From a virus: a stretch of 64,000 nt of DNA. A model generated the notes under the pieces. It worked only from the letters and a program-made list of their open reading frames with translations. It was not told the origin of the DNA and ran no database searches. Below are positions 1-10,540 of this stretch, one piece after another (position 1 is the stretch's first letter; every line of letters starts with the position of its first letter). A program made the translations under genes and the position numbers. Where the stretch lies: the IMG/VR virus record IMGVR_UViG_3300032116_000062, positions 38,381-102,380 of that record. One strand, 5' to 3'.

Positions 1-1
1 A

Positions 2-967
2 GGTTACGGAAAAAATGTTATAGGTGGTTCGGATATTTGGTGTAATAATTTTATCGAAAATGTTATTCCATTATTAAAGTCCGAATATAAAATAATAGTA
101 GATAATAGGCCTTTACAAAAAGATGAAAATATTATATACACATGGCAAAATGATGAAGAAGTTGATTCTATTTTAGAAAAATGTGAAAAAATAATATTTC
201 TACACCATTCATATAAAGAAAACCCTATAATTAAAAAGTGGTTACATAAAACGTATCTTACATTTGTTCATGCTTTTATTCCAGATATGGTAGGTTTAAA
301 GGATGAATACGAAAACCTAATGACCCGATTAGATTGGCATTGGCAGAAGGATATTTTAGATAACTCTGAAAATATAGTTTGGATTGGTTATGAAAATGAT
401 ACTATTCACACATATTATCCACAAACAAAAACTGTTACAAATTATTATGAATGGAAAAATAAAAAACCATTTACAGAAATAGTTAATAACAGAATAGGTT
501 ATGCGGCAAGATGTGAAACACGAAAGAATGCGGATTATTTGGATTCATTACCTGCATATGTTTTTTCAAATGAATATGATTATAAACGAATGTTGGAAGC
601 ATCAAAAATAAATTCAGAATTTCATATATTTCAAAAATTTGATTATAAATTTCATCAAACATTTTTTAATAAAAATTTTCAAATATTCCACGCAGCGTAT
701 ACAAAAGAACCGTTTGGTTATGCAATATTTGATGCAATAGATAATGGTAAATTACCTATAATAGATTCTCATTGGATGAAAGGAATTAAGTACAGATATA
801 GAGCAATGAATAAACAACAATTTCACTACCAATGGTTACGGATATTGGAAGATGGTTTTGAAAAAAATAAAAAACAATTTGATAGATTGAAAGCAGGACT
901 TGAAAAATACACAGATAAACAAAAATGGGTTTCAGAAATATGCAGTTACTTAACGAAATACTTATAA
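2..967 (+). CDS. GT-B fold (GT4-like) glycosyltransferase, 5'-truncated by window edge
   Basis: Frame open from position 2 (GYGKNVIGGSDIW...), well upstream of the track's 287 start; N-terminal GG motif and C-terminal EPFGYAIFDA resemble GT4 signatures. Confidence 0.65.
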   Translation, partial: GYGKNVIGGSDIWCNNFIENVIPLLKSEYKIIVDNRPLQKDENIIYTWQNDEEVDSILEKCEKIIFLHHSYKENPIIKKWLHKTYLTFVHAFIPDMVGLKDEYENLMTRLDWHWQKDILDNSENIVWIGYENDTIHTYYPQTKTVTNYYEWKNKKPFTEIVNNRIGYAARCETRKNADYLDSLPAYVFSNEYDYKRMLEASKINSEFHIFQKFDYKFHQTFFNKNFQIFHAAYTKEPFGYAIFDAIDNGKLPIIDSHWMKGIKYRYRAMNKQQFHYQWLRILEDGFEKNKKQFDRLKAGLEKYTDKQKWVSEICSYLTKYL

Positions 968-1716
968 AAGAATATTTAACTAACAATCCCATACCGGATG
1001 AATCGGGAGTAGTTAAGTATGAGCCTGTAAAATATAGATGGTCACATGGCGCAACCGATACTCATTTGGGTGATGGTTTATTAGTATATTCTTTGATAAT
1101 GATGAACCGTGCAAAAGTATGTGTCTGTATTGGTAGTGGTGGTGGGTTTATTCCACGTATAATGACGCAGGCGAGAATGGATTTGTGGGAACAAAAAATA
1201 TTTGATGGAAATCCTGCAAAAGAATGGGGTGATATAGGAACAACGATTATAATTGATGCGGCAAATGGAGTTGGTGGGTTTACTGATTGGGTGGATGAAA
1301 ATAGTTTTTTGAGAAATCACTACTCACCGCAAGTTATTTTAAATACATCTGAAAGAGCTTACTATGATTATTTTGTAAGGCAAGATATAAAAATAGATTA
1401 TTTACATATAGATGGTGATCATTCCTATGAAGGAGTTAAAAAAGATTTTGAACTATACTCAACAATTATGTCAGAGAACGGAATCATTACTATACATGAT
1501 ACGGATCAAAAATACCATGATACATTCTTAATCCCCAATAATCAGTTAGATCATTTTGATTCTTTTGATGGGCCCGCAAAATTTATAAATGAATTAGAAA
1601 ATAATACTGAATGGAATTTGGTAAATTTAAAAAATTTCATTATGTTTGATTCAAAAAGACCGACAACTACTGGTATAGCTATAGTTACAAAAAAGAATAA
1701 TAAAAAAAGTGAATAA
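940..1716 (+). CDS. Class I SAM-dependent methyltransferase (Methyltransf_24-like)
   Basis: IGSGGG SAM-binding loop; DYLHIDGDHSYEGVKKDF and IHD motifs; start 940 or 925. Confidence 0.8.
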   Translation: MQLLNEILIKEYLTNNPIPDESGVVKYEPVKYRWSHGATDTHLGDGLLVYSLIMMNRAKVCVCIGSGGGFIPRIMTQARMDLWEQKIFDGNPAKEWGDIGTTIIIDAANGVGGFTDWVDENSFLRNHYSPQVILNTSERAYYDYFVRQDIKIDYLHIDGDHSYEGVKKDFELYSTIMSENGIITIHDTDQKYHDTFLIPNNQLDHFDSFDGPAKFINELENNTEWNLVNLKNFIMFDSKRPTTTGIAIVTKKNNKKSE

Positions 1717-2566
1717 AAAAACAATAAGATTAGTAACTATCACAGGATCTAGAACAAACACTCTACGACATATGCTGCAGCACTATAATGCTTTGGTAGA
1801 TGAAATTTTTGTTGTAGTTTATGAATGGGAAGGATTTAGTACCTATGAATCAGTTTTAGAAATAGTAAATGAATTTCCAAAAGCTAAAATTATTAAAAAA
1901 GTTACAAAAGAAAAATATAATTGGGAATACGTTACAGAACTATATAATGAAATAAAAAACTTATATCCAAAAGATTGGTGGATAGTATCTGATGATGATG
2001 AATTTCATATTTACTCAAATAATTTAGATGAAATAATATCAGATTGTGAAGAATTTGGTTGGGATATGGTCCGTGGTGGTTTTATAGATAGAATCGGTAT
2101 AGATGGTGAATTTGTAGAAATACAAAAAAATAAAAATATATTTAAGCAATTCCCAATGGGTGGATTTTTTAGATACCCTATGAGTGGTGCATGTCCAAAT
2201 AAAGTATGTATTATGAAAGGGTATATACAATTAACACCCGGTCAACACTACGCAATTATAAACGGACAAACTACTTGGAGATGGCAAGGGTGGAATCATC
2301 CGTTAATAGCTCCTGTGGATAGATACAACGTACAGGTACATCATTTTAAATGGGATAGTACGTGCTCTGATAGAATAAGAGATGTAGCATCTATAAATAA
2401 GGATTATGCGTATTCAGAGGAATATAGAAAAATGTATAAAGAATTAGCAAAATCCAGATTTGTTATAGATATAAATAACGAAGATTATATGTTTGAAAAT
2501 ATTGGTGATAGTATAAGTGGATATTCAAAATGGAATAAACTTTTAAATAAAATATTATCAATATAA
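1709..2566 (+). CDS. GT-A fold (GT2-like) glycosyltransferase
   Basis: WWIVSDDDEF DxD motif, late HHFK motif; GTG start overlapping upstream gene. Confidence 0.65.
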   Translation: MNKKTIRLVTITGSRTNTLRHMLQHYNALVDEIFVVVYEWEGFSTYESVLEIVNEFPKAKIIKKVTKEKYNWEYVTELYNEIKNLYPKDWWIVSDDDEFHIYSNNLDEIISDCEEFGWDMVRGGFIDRIGIDGEFVEIQKNKNIFKQFPMGGFFRYPMSGACPNKVCIMKGYIQLTPGQHYAIINGQTTWRWQGWNHPLIAPVDRYNVQVHHFKWDSTCSDRIRDVASINKDYAYSEEYRKMYKELAKSRFVIDINNEDYMFENIGDSISGYSKWNKLLNKILSI

Positions 2567-2567
2567 A

Positions 2568-2599
2568 TTTGGAAAATTATAAAAATAGTTGTATATTAA
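2568..2599 (+). promoter_or_regulatory. Bacteroidota-type sigma70 promoter-like element (-33 TTTG / -7 TAnnTT)
   Basis: TTTG-N20-TATATTAA in intergenic gap; same architecture at 33763-33794. Confidence 0.5.
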
Positions 2600-2622
2600 C
2601 ACATCAAAATTAAATTAAAGTT

Positions 2623-2832
2623 ATGGCAGTCACTAAAAAAAATGAAGAAAGAGATCAAGAAATTTTACTCCTTGAAACCAGAAAAGTAAAGGCTTTAGAA
2701 AAAATAGCCAATTCATTGGATGCGTTGACGATTTGGTTTGAAGAAATCGAAAAAGATGAATGGAGTGAAAGACTTCAATGGTATCTTTATGAATGGCATT
2801 CTAAAAAAATTGCAGGAGATAAAGAAAAATAA
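2623..2832 (+). CDS. Small hypothetical protein
   Basis: 69-aa ORF filling the gap, TAATG-coupled to next gene. Confidence 0.7.
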   Translation: MAVTKKNEERDQEILLLETRKVKALEKIANSLDALTIWFEEIEKDEWSERLQWYLYEWHSKKIAGDKEK

Positions 2833-4262
2833 TGCAAAAACAAAAATTAGGAATAATTGTTCCCTATCGTAATAGGGGTGAACACTTGTCTCAATTTTTG
2901 TTGACGATAAAAAAATATTTATCGAACACCGATATAAAGTATGAACTAATAATAGTAGAACAAGCGGATGATAAACCTTTTAATAGAGGAAAACTACTAA
3001 ATATAGGTGTAAAAAAAGCAATTGAATTTGGATGCAAGTATGTAGCTCTACATGATGTGGATATGTTGCCCATTGATGTAGATTATTCTTATGTCCATAG
3101 ACCTACACATTTAGCTACAAAATTTATTTCTGATAATACTGAAAAAAATATAGTATTTGATGAGTACTTTGGTGGTGTAACTTTATTCCCTATAAATGAG
3201 TATTTAAAAATAAATGGATACTCTAATGAGTATTGGGGATGGGGGTATGAAGATGATGATTTGCTTTTTAGATGTAAAGAAAATTCTTTAGAATTAGATA
3301 CAAAATATTATCCTGTAAAAACACGTAATACGGCTGGATTATATTTTAACGGAAAAGATAGTTATATAACATGTCCAAAACCATTTGGATTGGATAACTA
3401 TACAGTATTCGCATCCTTCGAACCTGATGAAATAAAGTGTGATGAAAATTATGAGTTTGATGAATATGTGGTATTTTCTATACCAGGATATGATACAACG
3501 ATAACATATAATTCATTTAAAAGATATAAATTTGAAACTTGGTCAAAATCAAAAAATGTATTTAGTTTAAAATCTAGCATTGCACCAAAATTAAGAACAG
3601 TCATAGCGGTCACAGTAAACCAATACGATAGGATAATAAAACTATACCAAGATGGTGTATTGGTCGATTCCCTAGAAATAGATTCAAAGGAAAGATTAAT
3701 GCCTTACTTTAATCAGGAGTTTTTTTATATAGGAAAAACCACTACATCCGAATTTAATAGTAGACGACCATTCAAAGGAACAATAGATTACTTTGCAATA
3801 TTTAATCACAGTTTAGAAGAAGCGCAGATAAAAGAAATATCAAATAATAGATATATGGGCCTGACTGATAACTATGGTGATTATATTACTTCACATTGTT
3901 TGGAAGTTTGTTATGACATGAAGATAAGTAAAAAAGATAAATTGATAGATTTATCTTCAAATAATAATGATGCTATTATAAATAATTGTGAAAGAGTTCC
4001 TGTTGTTGATATTGATATGATAACGGAAATAAAGATTCCTTGGAGAAAAGCCGGAACTTTTAAATTATTACCACATAAGGAAAATGGATTTTTTGAAAAC
4101 AAATGGACATTTACCGAAACAAGAAAAAATCAAATAAAATTTTATAACGATGTGTTGGGAGGAAAAACAAACTGGAGAAGAGATGGAATGGATACATTGA
4201 ATTATAAAGAAATAAGTTATACAGACATGAAAGATTACCACTATTTATCAGTATCATTATGA
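2832..4262 (+). CDS. GT7 (beta-1,4-galactosyltransferase family) with inserted LamG/ConA-like lectin domain
   Basis: IVPYRNR, FNRGKLLNIG, HDVD, YFGGV, NGYSNEYWGWGYEDDD; LamG-like segment (LYQDGVLV, FKGTIDYFAIFNHSL). Confidence 0.85.
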   Translation: MQKQKLGIIVPYRNRGEHLSQFLLTIKKYLSNTDIKYELIIVEQADDKPFNRGKLLNIGVKKAIEFGCKYVALHDVDMLPIDVDYSYVHRPTHLATKFISDNTEKNIVFDEYFGGVTLFPINEYLKINGYSNEYWGWGYEDDDLLFRCKENSLELDTKYYPVKTRNTAGLYFNGKDSYITCPKPFGLDNYTVFASFEPDEIKCDENYEFDEYVVFSIPGYDTTITYNSFKRYKFETWSKSKNVFSLKSSIAPKLRTVIAVTVNQYDRIIKLYQDGVLVDSLEIDSKERLMPYFNQEFFYIGKTTTSEFNSRRPFKGTIDYFAIFNHSLEEAQIKEISNNRYMGLTDNYGDYITSHCLEVCYDMKISKKDKLIDLSSNNNDAIINNCERVPVVDIDMITEIKIPWRKAGTFKLLPHKENGFFENKWTFTETRKNQIKFYNDVLGGKTNWRRDGMDTLNYKEISYTDMKDYHYLSVSL

Positions 4263-5722
4263 AATTAGGAGTTTGCGTACCATATAGAAACCGAGAAGCA
4301 CATTTAAGAAGATTTGTTCCAAAAGTTACAGAATTTTTAAACAATGCTGGAATAGAACACACCATCTATCTGGCTCATCAATGTGATGATGAGTTGTTTA
4401 ATAGAGGGTTAATGAAAAACATTGCAGCAAAGCATGCATTTGATGATGGATGTGATTATATTGTATGGCATGATATTGATATGATACCTGAAGATGATAG
4501 TTGTGATTACTCTTTTCCAAAAGATAATCCTGTTCATATTGCTGTCAACATATCCCAATCTGATTATATGTTAAAGTATGAGGAATACTTTGGTGGAGCC
4601 GTTTTATTTACAAAAGAACAGGTACAAAAAACAAATGGGTATTCAAATGATTATTGGGATTGGGGAATGGAGGATGATGACTTATTTTGGAGATGCGTTA
4701 AAGAAGATATGGTAGATAGAACAAAACTTGATTATAATATTAAAAAAATGGTCGGGGTATTTGATGGCAAGGCATCATATATGGAGATACCAAACAGATT
4801 CGGACATATTTTGAATAATTCACATACGGTTTCTATTTTAGTAAAAGCAGATCAGCAAATTGAAAAAGTCCCAATATGGTTGATTGGTGATAATGATAGA
4901 AAGTTTGTTGAATATCCTATATTAAGAAAGCCGGGTTATGATTGGGGAATATCATTTAATAATAGTAGAGCGTATACTGCAATGTTATGGAATAGTAATA
5001 AAGAAAGTATATACCAATGGTTTAAAAGATATGAAAATGAGTGGACTTGGGTAACTATGGTAGTGGATACGATAGATAAAAAAATGCACCTATATTTGAA
5101 CGGAAGAGAAAGTTCTGCACGAAACGGAACAGGAACAGAATCGCCGGTAACATATACAGGATCGTTAAAAAGATATGGTTCAGAACCATTTTATATTGGG
5201 CATACTCCAAGTATAAGTTCAAACGAACCAAACGCATTTTTTAAAGGACAAATATCTGATATAAAAATTTGGGATAGAGTACTATCCGAAACAGAAGTCA
5301 GAAATTTACACAAAGAATATCCAAAAGATAGTTTGTTAGTTCATTATGATTTTCAAAATATAGATAGAGTTAGTAGAAAACTCGTCGATAATATTAGTGG
5401 ATTTCATGCTGATTTTTCCAGAATTTCATTCAAAACAGAAGATATAACAATACCATATGTTGCGTTACCATATAGAAAAAATGGTAGATTTTTTTGTTTG
5501 CCACATAAAACGGAAGGATTGATTAATGAGGGTGGAATGGAAAAGTGGGCAAAAGGTGAAACTACTGCAAGAAATGAACGCAGATATGTTTTAGAAATGC
5601 AACAAGGTAAAATAGATTATAAAAACGATGGTATTTCTAATGTTGATGAAAAATATGAATTAATTGGAGTTGATACAATATACGATGTACATAAAATGAT
5701 AAATGTTAAATGTATAAAATAA
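4259..5722 (+). CDS. Second GT7-LamG paralog
   Basis: VPYRNR, FNRGLMKN, HDID, YFGGA, WDWGMEDDD; LamG segment (LYLNG, FKGQISDIKIWDRVLS). Confidence 0.85.
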   Translation: MKLGVCVPYRNREAHLRRFVPKVTEFLNNAGIEHTIYLAHQCDDELFNRGLMKNIAAKHAFDDGCDYIVWHDIDMIPEDDSCDYSFPKDNPVHIAVNISQSDYMLKYEEYFGGAVLFTKEQVQKTNGYSNDYWDWGMEDDDLFWRCVKEDMVDRTKLDYNIKKMVGVFDGKASYMEIPNRFGHILNNSHTVSILVKADQQIEKVPIWLIGDNDRKFVEYPILRKPGYDWGISFNNSRAYTAMLWNSNKESIYQWFKRYENEWTWVTMVVDTIDKKMHLYLNGRESSARNGTGTESPVTYTGSLKRYGSEPFYIGHTPSISSNEPNAFFKGQISDIKIWDRVLSETEVRNLHKEYPKDSLLVHYDFQNIDRVSRKLVDNISGFHADFSRISFKTEDITIPYVALPYRKNGRFFCLPHKTEGLINEGGMEKWAKGETTARNERRYVLEMQQGKIDYKNDGISNVDEKYELIGVDTIYDVHKMINVKCIK

Positions 5723-5726
5723 AAAT

Positions 5727-7145
5727 ATGGCAGAAAGTAAAATAATAAAAGGTGAAAATCCACTATATGTTCAAGTAAAAAATGAATTAGATTCTGTGGG
5801 AAAGGGAATGTGTTTAGCAAAATGGACACAAGTAACAATGCAACTACAAAGTGGCCACAACCACTCATGCCATCACCCAACCACACACAAAATTTCAGAA
5901 GTAGAGATAGCACGAAACCCATCAGCATTACATAATACTAGATTTAAAAAACTAAAAAGAAAAGAGATGTTAAGTGGCCAAAGACCGGCCGAATGTGAAT
6001 ATTGTTGGAACGTGGAAGATAATTCTGATAGATTTTCTGATAGAGTTTTTAAATCATCAGAGAGTTGGAGTTGGGAGCACAAAGAAGAAATTTTCAATTC
6101 TGATTGGAGAGATGATTATAATCCAAAGTATGTAGAAGTTGCATTTAGTAATACTTGCAATTTTAAGTGTTCTTATTGTGGCCCTTCTTTTAGTACCACT
6201 TGGATGGAAGAAATAGAGCAATATGGTGGATATCCTACATCTGATAATTTTAATGATATAACATGGATGGTTAGAGAAAATAAAATGCCAATACCACAAA
6301 GGGAACATAATCCATACGTTGAAGCATTTTGGAAATGGTGGCCGGAACTATATCACAATCTACATACATTCAGAATAACAGGCGGAGAACCTTTATTATC
6401 TAAAGATACTTGGAGAGTATTAGATTATATTATTAGTGAAAAAAATCCAAATAAAAATCTTAAGTTAGCAATCAATTCGAATTTGGGAGTACCGGATGCT
6501 CTGATTGATAAACTAATTGAAAAAATTAAAAAAATAGAAGATGAAGGTAGAGTTAAAGAATTGATTTTATTTACATCTGCCGACACGTGGGGAGAGCAGG
6601 CAGAGTACATAAGAACGGGATTGGAGTTCAATCGTTTTTGGGATAACATTAATAAAATATTATTGAATTGCCCAAAGATAGTTATAACATTTATGGTAAC
6701 ATACAATGCCTTATCTGTATTTAAATACGATAAACTAATAAAAGAAATTTACAAATTAAAAGAAACCTACGCAAGTCCTTATCGGTATTGGAACTCTGCA
6801 ACGTTTTTAGATTCATCATATTTGAGATATCCGATGCATCAGACCGTGCAAGTATTACCACATCAATTTGCAGAAAATATAATGAATCAAGCAAAACTTG
6901 CAACATTCTTTTCTACACCATCTTTCAATTCAACGCAAATTGGTTATAGTGATGTAGAAGTTCAAAAAATAAAAAGAATTTATGATTGGATGTTAGCACC
7001 GCAAGATGCTGAACAGCAAATGAAAAATAGACATAACTTTTATAAATATTTTAGTGAACATGATAGGCGTAGAGGAACCGACTTTTGCAAAACATTTCCT
7101 GAATTAGAAGAATTTTATAATTTCTGTTCAACAATTACAATATGA
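5727..7145 (+). CDS. Radical SAM enzyme with N-terminal twitch/SPASM-like Cys cluster
   Basis: CNFKCSYC (CxxxCxxC), TGGEP; N-terminal CLAKW...SCHH...CEYC. Confidence 0.9.
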   Translation: MAESKIIKGENPLYVQVKNELDSVGKGMCLAKWTQVTMQLQSGHNHSCHHPTTHKISEVEIARNPSALHNTRFKKLKRKEMLSGQRPAECEYCWNVEDNSDRFSDRVFKSSESWSWEHKEEIFNSDWRDDYNPKYVEVAFSNTCNFKCSYCGPSFSTTWMEEIEQYGGYPTSDNFNDITWMVRENKMPIPQREHNPYVEAFWKWWPELYHNLHTFRITGGEPLLSKDTWRVLDYIISEKNPNKNLKLAINSNLGVPDALIDKLIEKIKKIEDEGRVKELILFTSADTWGEQAEYIRTGLEFNRFWDNINKILLNCPKIVITFMVTYNALSVFKYDKLIKEIYKLKETYASPYRYWNSATFLDSSYLRYPMHQTVQVLPHQFAENIMNQAKLATFFSTPSFNSTQIGYSDVEVQKIKRIYDWMLAPQDAEQQMKNRHNFYKYFSEHDRRRGTDFCKTFPELEEFYNFCSTITI

Positions 7146-7891
7146 GCATAAACATCAATACAAATAATTTATATTTGATATTACCATCAAATGTATCATT
7201 TAAAGAATCTAATATATCAGATTCTATGCAAGGTGATTTTACTTTATTCGCTAGAGTAAAATTGGATAAAGAAAAAATAACAGAAAAAGAAGCATTTATC
7301 ATATCAAGAAGTGGAATGCATTCTGGTATATCGGTATTTAAAAATGAAATAGGAAAGGTATTTTTACAATACACATATTGGTTTGAAAACCCGGAAGATA
7401 AAACAAATTCTATAAAACAAATCCACATAGAATTACAAGATTCTATGTTTGAAGATTTTATAGATGTTTATATGACAAATAGTGATGATAAATCAAAGAT
7501 AACCTGTCATTTAAACGATGAAATAGTTGGAAGTATGATTTATGCTGGATTAGATAAAGTAAATTATACAGATTCCCCATATTGGTTTGGGTGTGGTAGT
7601 ATGTTTACCGAAGAAGATGCGAGAAGCATAGGTGATTTTGAATATCATATTGTATTTTCGGTAAGTAAAAAACTTACAATGTTACAAATAAAAGATTTAG
7701 TAGAAAATTATGATAAAAAATATACTAAAATTATTTTTGAAACATATAAAGTGTTTAACTCCGATTTATCTTTTGCAAAAGATTTTGCATTTTTTTGTGA
7801 TTTCGATGTAACAAATAGATACAAAGTTTGGAATTATGCATTCAACGGAAACTACCCACAAATTTATATAGAAGGCAACGTATATTATTAA
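7142..7891 (+). CDS. Stand-alone LamG/ConA-like beta-sandwich protein (putative)
   Basis: FTLFARVK, SGMHSGISV, PYWFG pattern parallels the lectin inserts of the two GT7 genes. Confidence 0.5.
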   Translation: MSININTNNLYLILPSNVSFKESNISDSMQGDFTLFARVKLDKEKITEKEAFIISRSGMHSGISVFKNEIGKVFLQYTYWFENPEDKTNSIKQIHIELQDSMFEDFIDVYMTNSDDKSKITCHLNDEIVGSMIYAGLDKVNYTDSPYWFGCGSMFTEEDARSIGDFEYHIVFSVSKKLTMLQIKDLVENYDKKYTKIIFETYKVFNSDLSFAKDFAFFCDFDVTNRYKVWNYAFNGNYPQIYIEGNVYY

Positions 7892-7892
7892 T

Positions 7893-8834
7893 ATGAAAAT
7901 AGCAGTATGTTTTAGTGGCCAATGGAGAACTGGCAATTATTGTTATGATAATCTAAAAAGGTTTTTCGGATTATTATATCCTTATTGTGATTTTTTTATA
8001 CACACATGGGATATAAATAAACAAAAGTGTTATAATCTATCAAACGTATTTTCAAAAGAAACAAAATTAACGGATGATGATATAAATGAACTAAAAAGTA
8101 AATATAATCCGAAAAAAATTATTATAGAAGATTACAATCATATTCATAATACGTTACAAACGTATGAAAAAACGGCATATAAAGATGTTAAAGTTTTTGA
8201 TATAATTCAACCTCTTTGGTACTCTTTTTATAAAAGTGTAGAACTAAAAAAAGAATATGAAAAGGAAAATAAATTTGAATATGATTATGTAATCAAATTA
8301 AGACCTGATATAATATTCAAACCAAATAGAAGATTAGTACAGGATATTGAGTTATATTTTGATGAAATAAATTCTGGAGAATTTTATATAGAAAATTTAA
8401 TGAGAGAGTGGACGGTTGATAATACAACAATTGATGATGTTTATTTTTTATCAAAATCAAAGCAAATGAATATTGCGGCCGAATATCATAATCATTGGTT
8501 AGAATGGGGTATCTTATCTGATACATTTTATGGATTTTTAAGGCATGCACATTTAAATAATTTAAAAATAAGTAATTATAAAAAAAGATATTTAGGTGGG
8601 GATCCTTTTTATTCTGTTATGAGACCGGAATGTTTAAAATACGGAACTACGACTGAAGAAGAATTTGATAATGTTGTAGTTTGCGAAAATTACTATTATG
8701 GTGACCCAAATTCAAATTCAAAATCGCCGAAAGGGTTTTATATACATTTGTTAAAAAATCTATGCAATATAGATGATACTACCGAATATTATGTTGATGA
8801 GTTGGATATAAACCAAAATAAAAAAATTATTTAA
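7893..8834 (+). CDS. 'SGQxR' family protein, putative glycosyltransferase (paralog 1)
   Basis: MKIAVCFSGQWR, FIHTW, YDYVIKLRPD motifs shared with 8837, 9642, 16047. Confidence 0.55.
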   Translation: MKIAVCFSGQWRTGNYCYDNLKRFFGLLYPYCDFFIHTWDINKQKCYNLSNVFSKETKLTDDDINELKSKYNPKKIIIEDYNHIHNTLQTYEKTAYKDVKVFDIIQPLWYSFYKSVELKKEYEKENKFEYDYVIKLRPDIIFKPNRRLVQDIELYFDEINSGEFYIENLMREWTVDNTTIDDVYFLSKSKQMNIAAEYHNHWLEWGILSDTFYGFLRHAHLNNLKISNYKKRYLGGDPFYSVMRPECLKYGTTTEEEFDNVVVCENYYYGDPNSNSKSPKGFYIHLLKNLCNIDDTTEYYVDELDINQNKKII

Positions 8835-8836
8835 TT

Positions 8837-9640
8837 ATGAAAATTGCAGTTTGTTTAAGTGGGCAATTAAGAACTTGGAAAGATGCATATAAAACTTGGG
8901 GAACATTTTTTGATGAACTAAAAAAGTCATCAGAACTACAAGGCGAAGAATTAGAAGTAGATTATTTTGTGCATACTTGGAGTTTTAATAGTACACCATT
9001 CGCAGTCTGGACAAAAAAACAATGGGATGCCGGAAAATATCATACCGGATTTGTTCAACCACCAACCGAAGGTGTAACTAATGATGAACTTAATGAATTT
9101 TTAGAAACGATAAAACCGAAGCAGCATATTATTGAAAATGTGTGGAAAAGTTCAACTAGAAAAGAAAATTTAGATGATAGGATTCAATGGAGATTAAATG
9201 ACCCTACAAAATGGGCAACTATTAGTTGGGCAGGTTCCCAATTATATGGAATCATGCGTGCCGCAGAGATGAAACGAAATTATGAATTAGGAAATGGATT
9301 TGAATATGATATGGTTATTAGAATGAGAATGGATTTGAGTTTTGATTATCTAAATCGTATGATATTTGTCAATGATTTTCAAAAACCAAAAGAAAAGACA
9401 CTATATTCCGTACATAGTTTTAATACAGAATATTTTCCGCATGATGCGGTTGGTGATATATTCTTTTATGCAGATAGTTTTACATATGATATTATAGCAA
9501 ATGTTTATAATTATCTACCACAAATATCGCCAGATATATTTCCTCCTGATATAAAAGTAGAATCTATACTAGCATATGTAATACGAATGTTTGATATTAA
9601 AAATATAAGATTAAAAATTGATCCAGATATAATAAGATAA
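8837..9640 (+). CDS. 'SGQxR' family protein (paralog 2)
   Basis: MKIAVCLSGQLR, FVHTW, YDMVIRMRMD, GDIFFY. Confidence 0.55.
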   Translation: MKIAVCLSGQLRTWKDAYKTWGTFFDELKKSSELQGEELEVDYFVHTWSFNSTPFAVWTKKQWDAGKYHTGFVQPPTEGVTNDELNEFLETIKPKQHIIENVWKSSTRKENLDDRIQWRLNDPTKWATISWAGSQLYGIMRAAEMKRNYELGNGFEYDMVIRMRMDLSFDYLNRMIFVNDFQKPKEKTLYSVHSFNTEYFPHDAVGDIFFYADSFTYDIIANVYNYLPQISPDIFPPDIKVESILAYVIRMFDIKNIRLKIDPDIIR

Positions 9641-9641
9641 T

Positions 9642-10538
9642 ATGGGAAAGATAACAACATATAATATAGCAGTCTGCTTAAGTGGACAATCTCGTACTTG
9701 GAGAACCGCCAAAGAAAATATACTTAACTATTTTGATGTAAAAATTAATACGCATAAAAATTGTAAAGTAAATGTCGATTATTTTATTCATACGTGGGAT
9801 ACCAATAGTTATAGAGATAAGACTCAACCACGTTGGCAAAATACGGATTATAAGATAGATAATCCAAATGAAGTAGAAGAAATAAAACTTGCTTTTAATC
9901 CAAAAATGATGGAATATGAATCGTTCAATCCAAATATATGGAATGAAGCTTGGGAGGGTATGTTTTATAGTTTTATGAAAAGTATAGAACTAAAAAAGAG
10001 ATACGAACTATCAACGGATATACACTACGATATGGTTATCAAAACCAGATTTGATATTAACTTTTTACAAGAAGGAGTAAATAAATATGGATTACCTATA
10101 AACAAATTTTATGTACATCCGTTACAACCATTTACAGCGTATGCATCATCACCAACACCTACAAGATTTCCAAATGAATTTAATCAAGTTTGTTTTGATG
10201 ATGTTTTTTTCTACGCAGATTCACCAACCATGGATATCATTGCACACATATATCGGTGGTATAAAAAGTTGATGCAAAAAGGAAGATTACAAAAAGTTAC
10301 AGGCGAATTTGTTGATTTTCCTGAATTTTATTATGGACCTGGAACACTATTACAAAAATATATTACTAACTGGAATATACAACCATATGCAGAACATGCC
10401 AACCCGTATTATGTTGTAAGAAAGGAAGCAGAAGATAAAGGATTGCATAGTATTGATAATTGGAAAGAAATATATGATATATCCAGAGATTGGTATGAGA
10501 ATGGATATTTTGAAAAATCAAAAGCAGATATACATTGA
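9642..10538 (+). CDS. 'SGQxR' family protein (paralog 3)
   Basis: IAVCLSGQSR, FIHTW, YDMVIKTRFD, DDVFFY. Confidence 0.55.
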   Translation: MGKITTYNIAVCLSGQSRTWRTAKENILNYFDVKINTHKNCKVNVDYFIHTWDTNSYRDKTQPRWQNTDYKIDNPNEVEEIKLAFNPKMMEYESFNPNIWNEAWEGMFYSFMKSIELKKRYELSTDIHYDMVIKTRFDINFLQEGVNKYGLPINKFYVHPLQPFTAYASSPTPTRFPNEFNQVCFDDVFFYADSPTMDIIAHIYRWYKKLMQKGRLQKVTGEFVDFPEFYYGPGTLLQKYITNWNIQPYAEHANPYYVVRKEAEDKGLHSIDNWKEIYDISRDWYENGYFEKSKADIH

Positions 10539-10540
10539 TT

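Noticed and set aside
1695-1716. A-run at the methyltransferase/GT junction as another frameshift
   Set aside because: Would need +1, no hairpin seen, and a GTG start with overlap explains it
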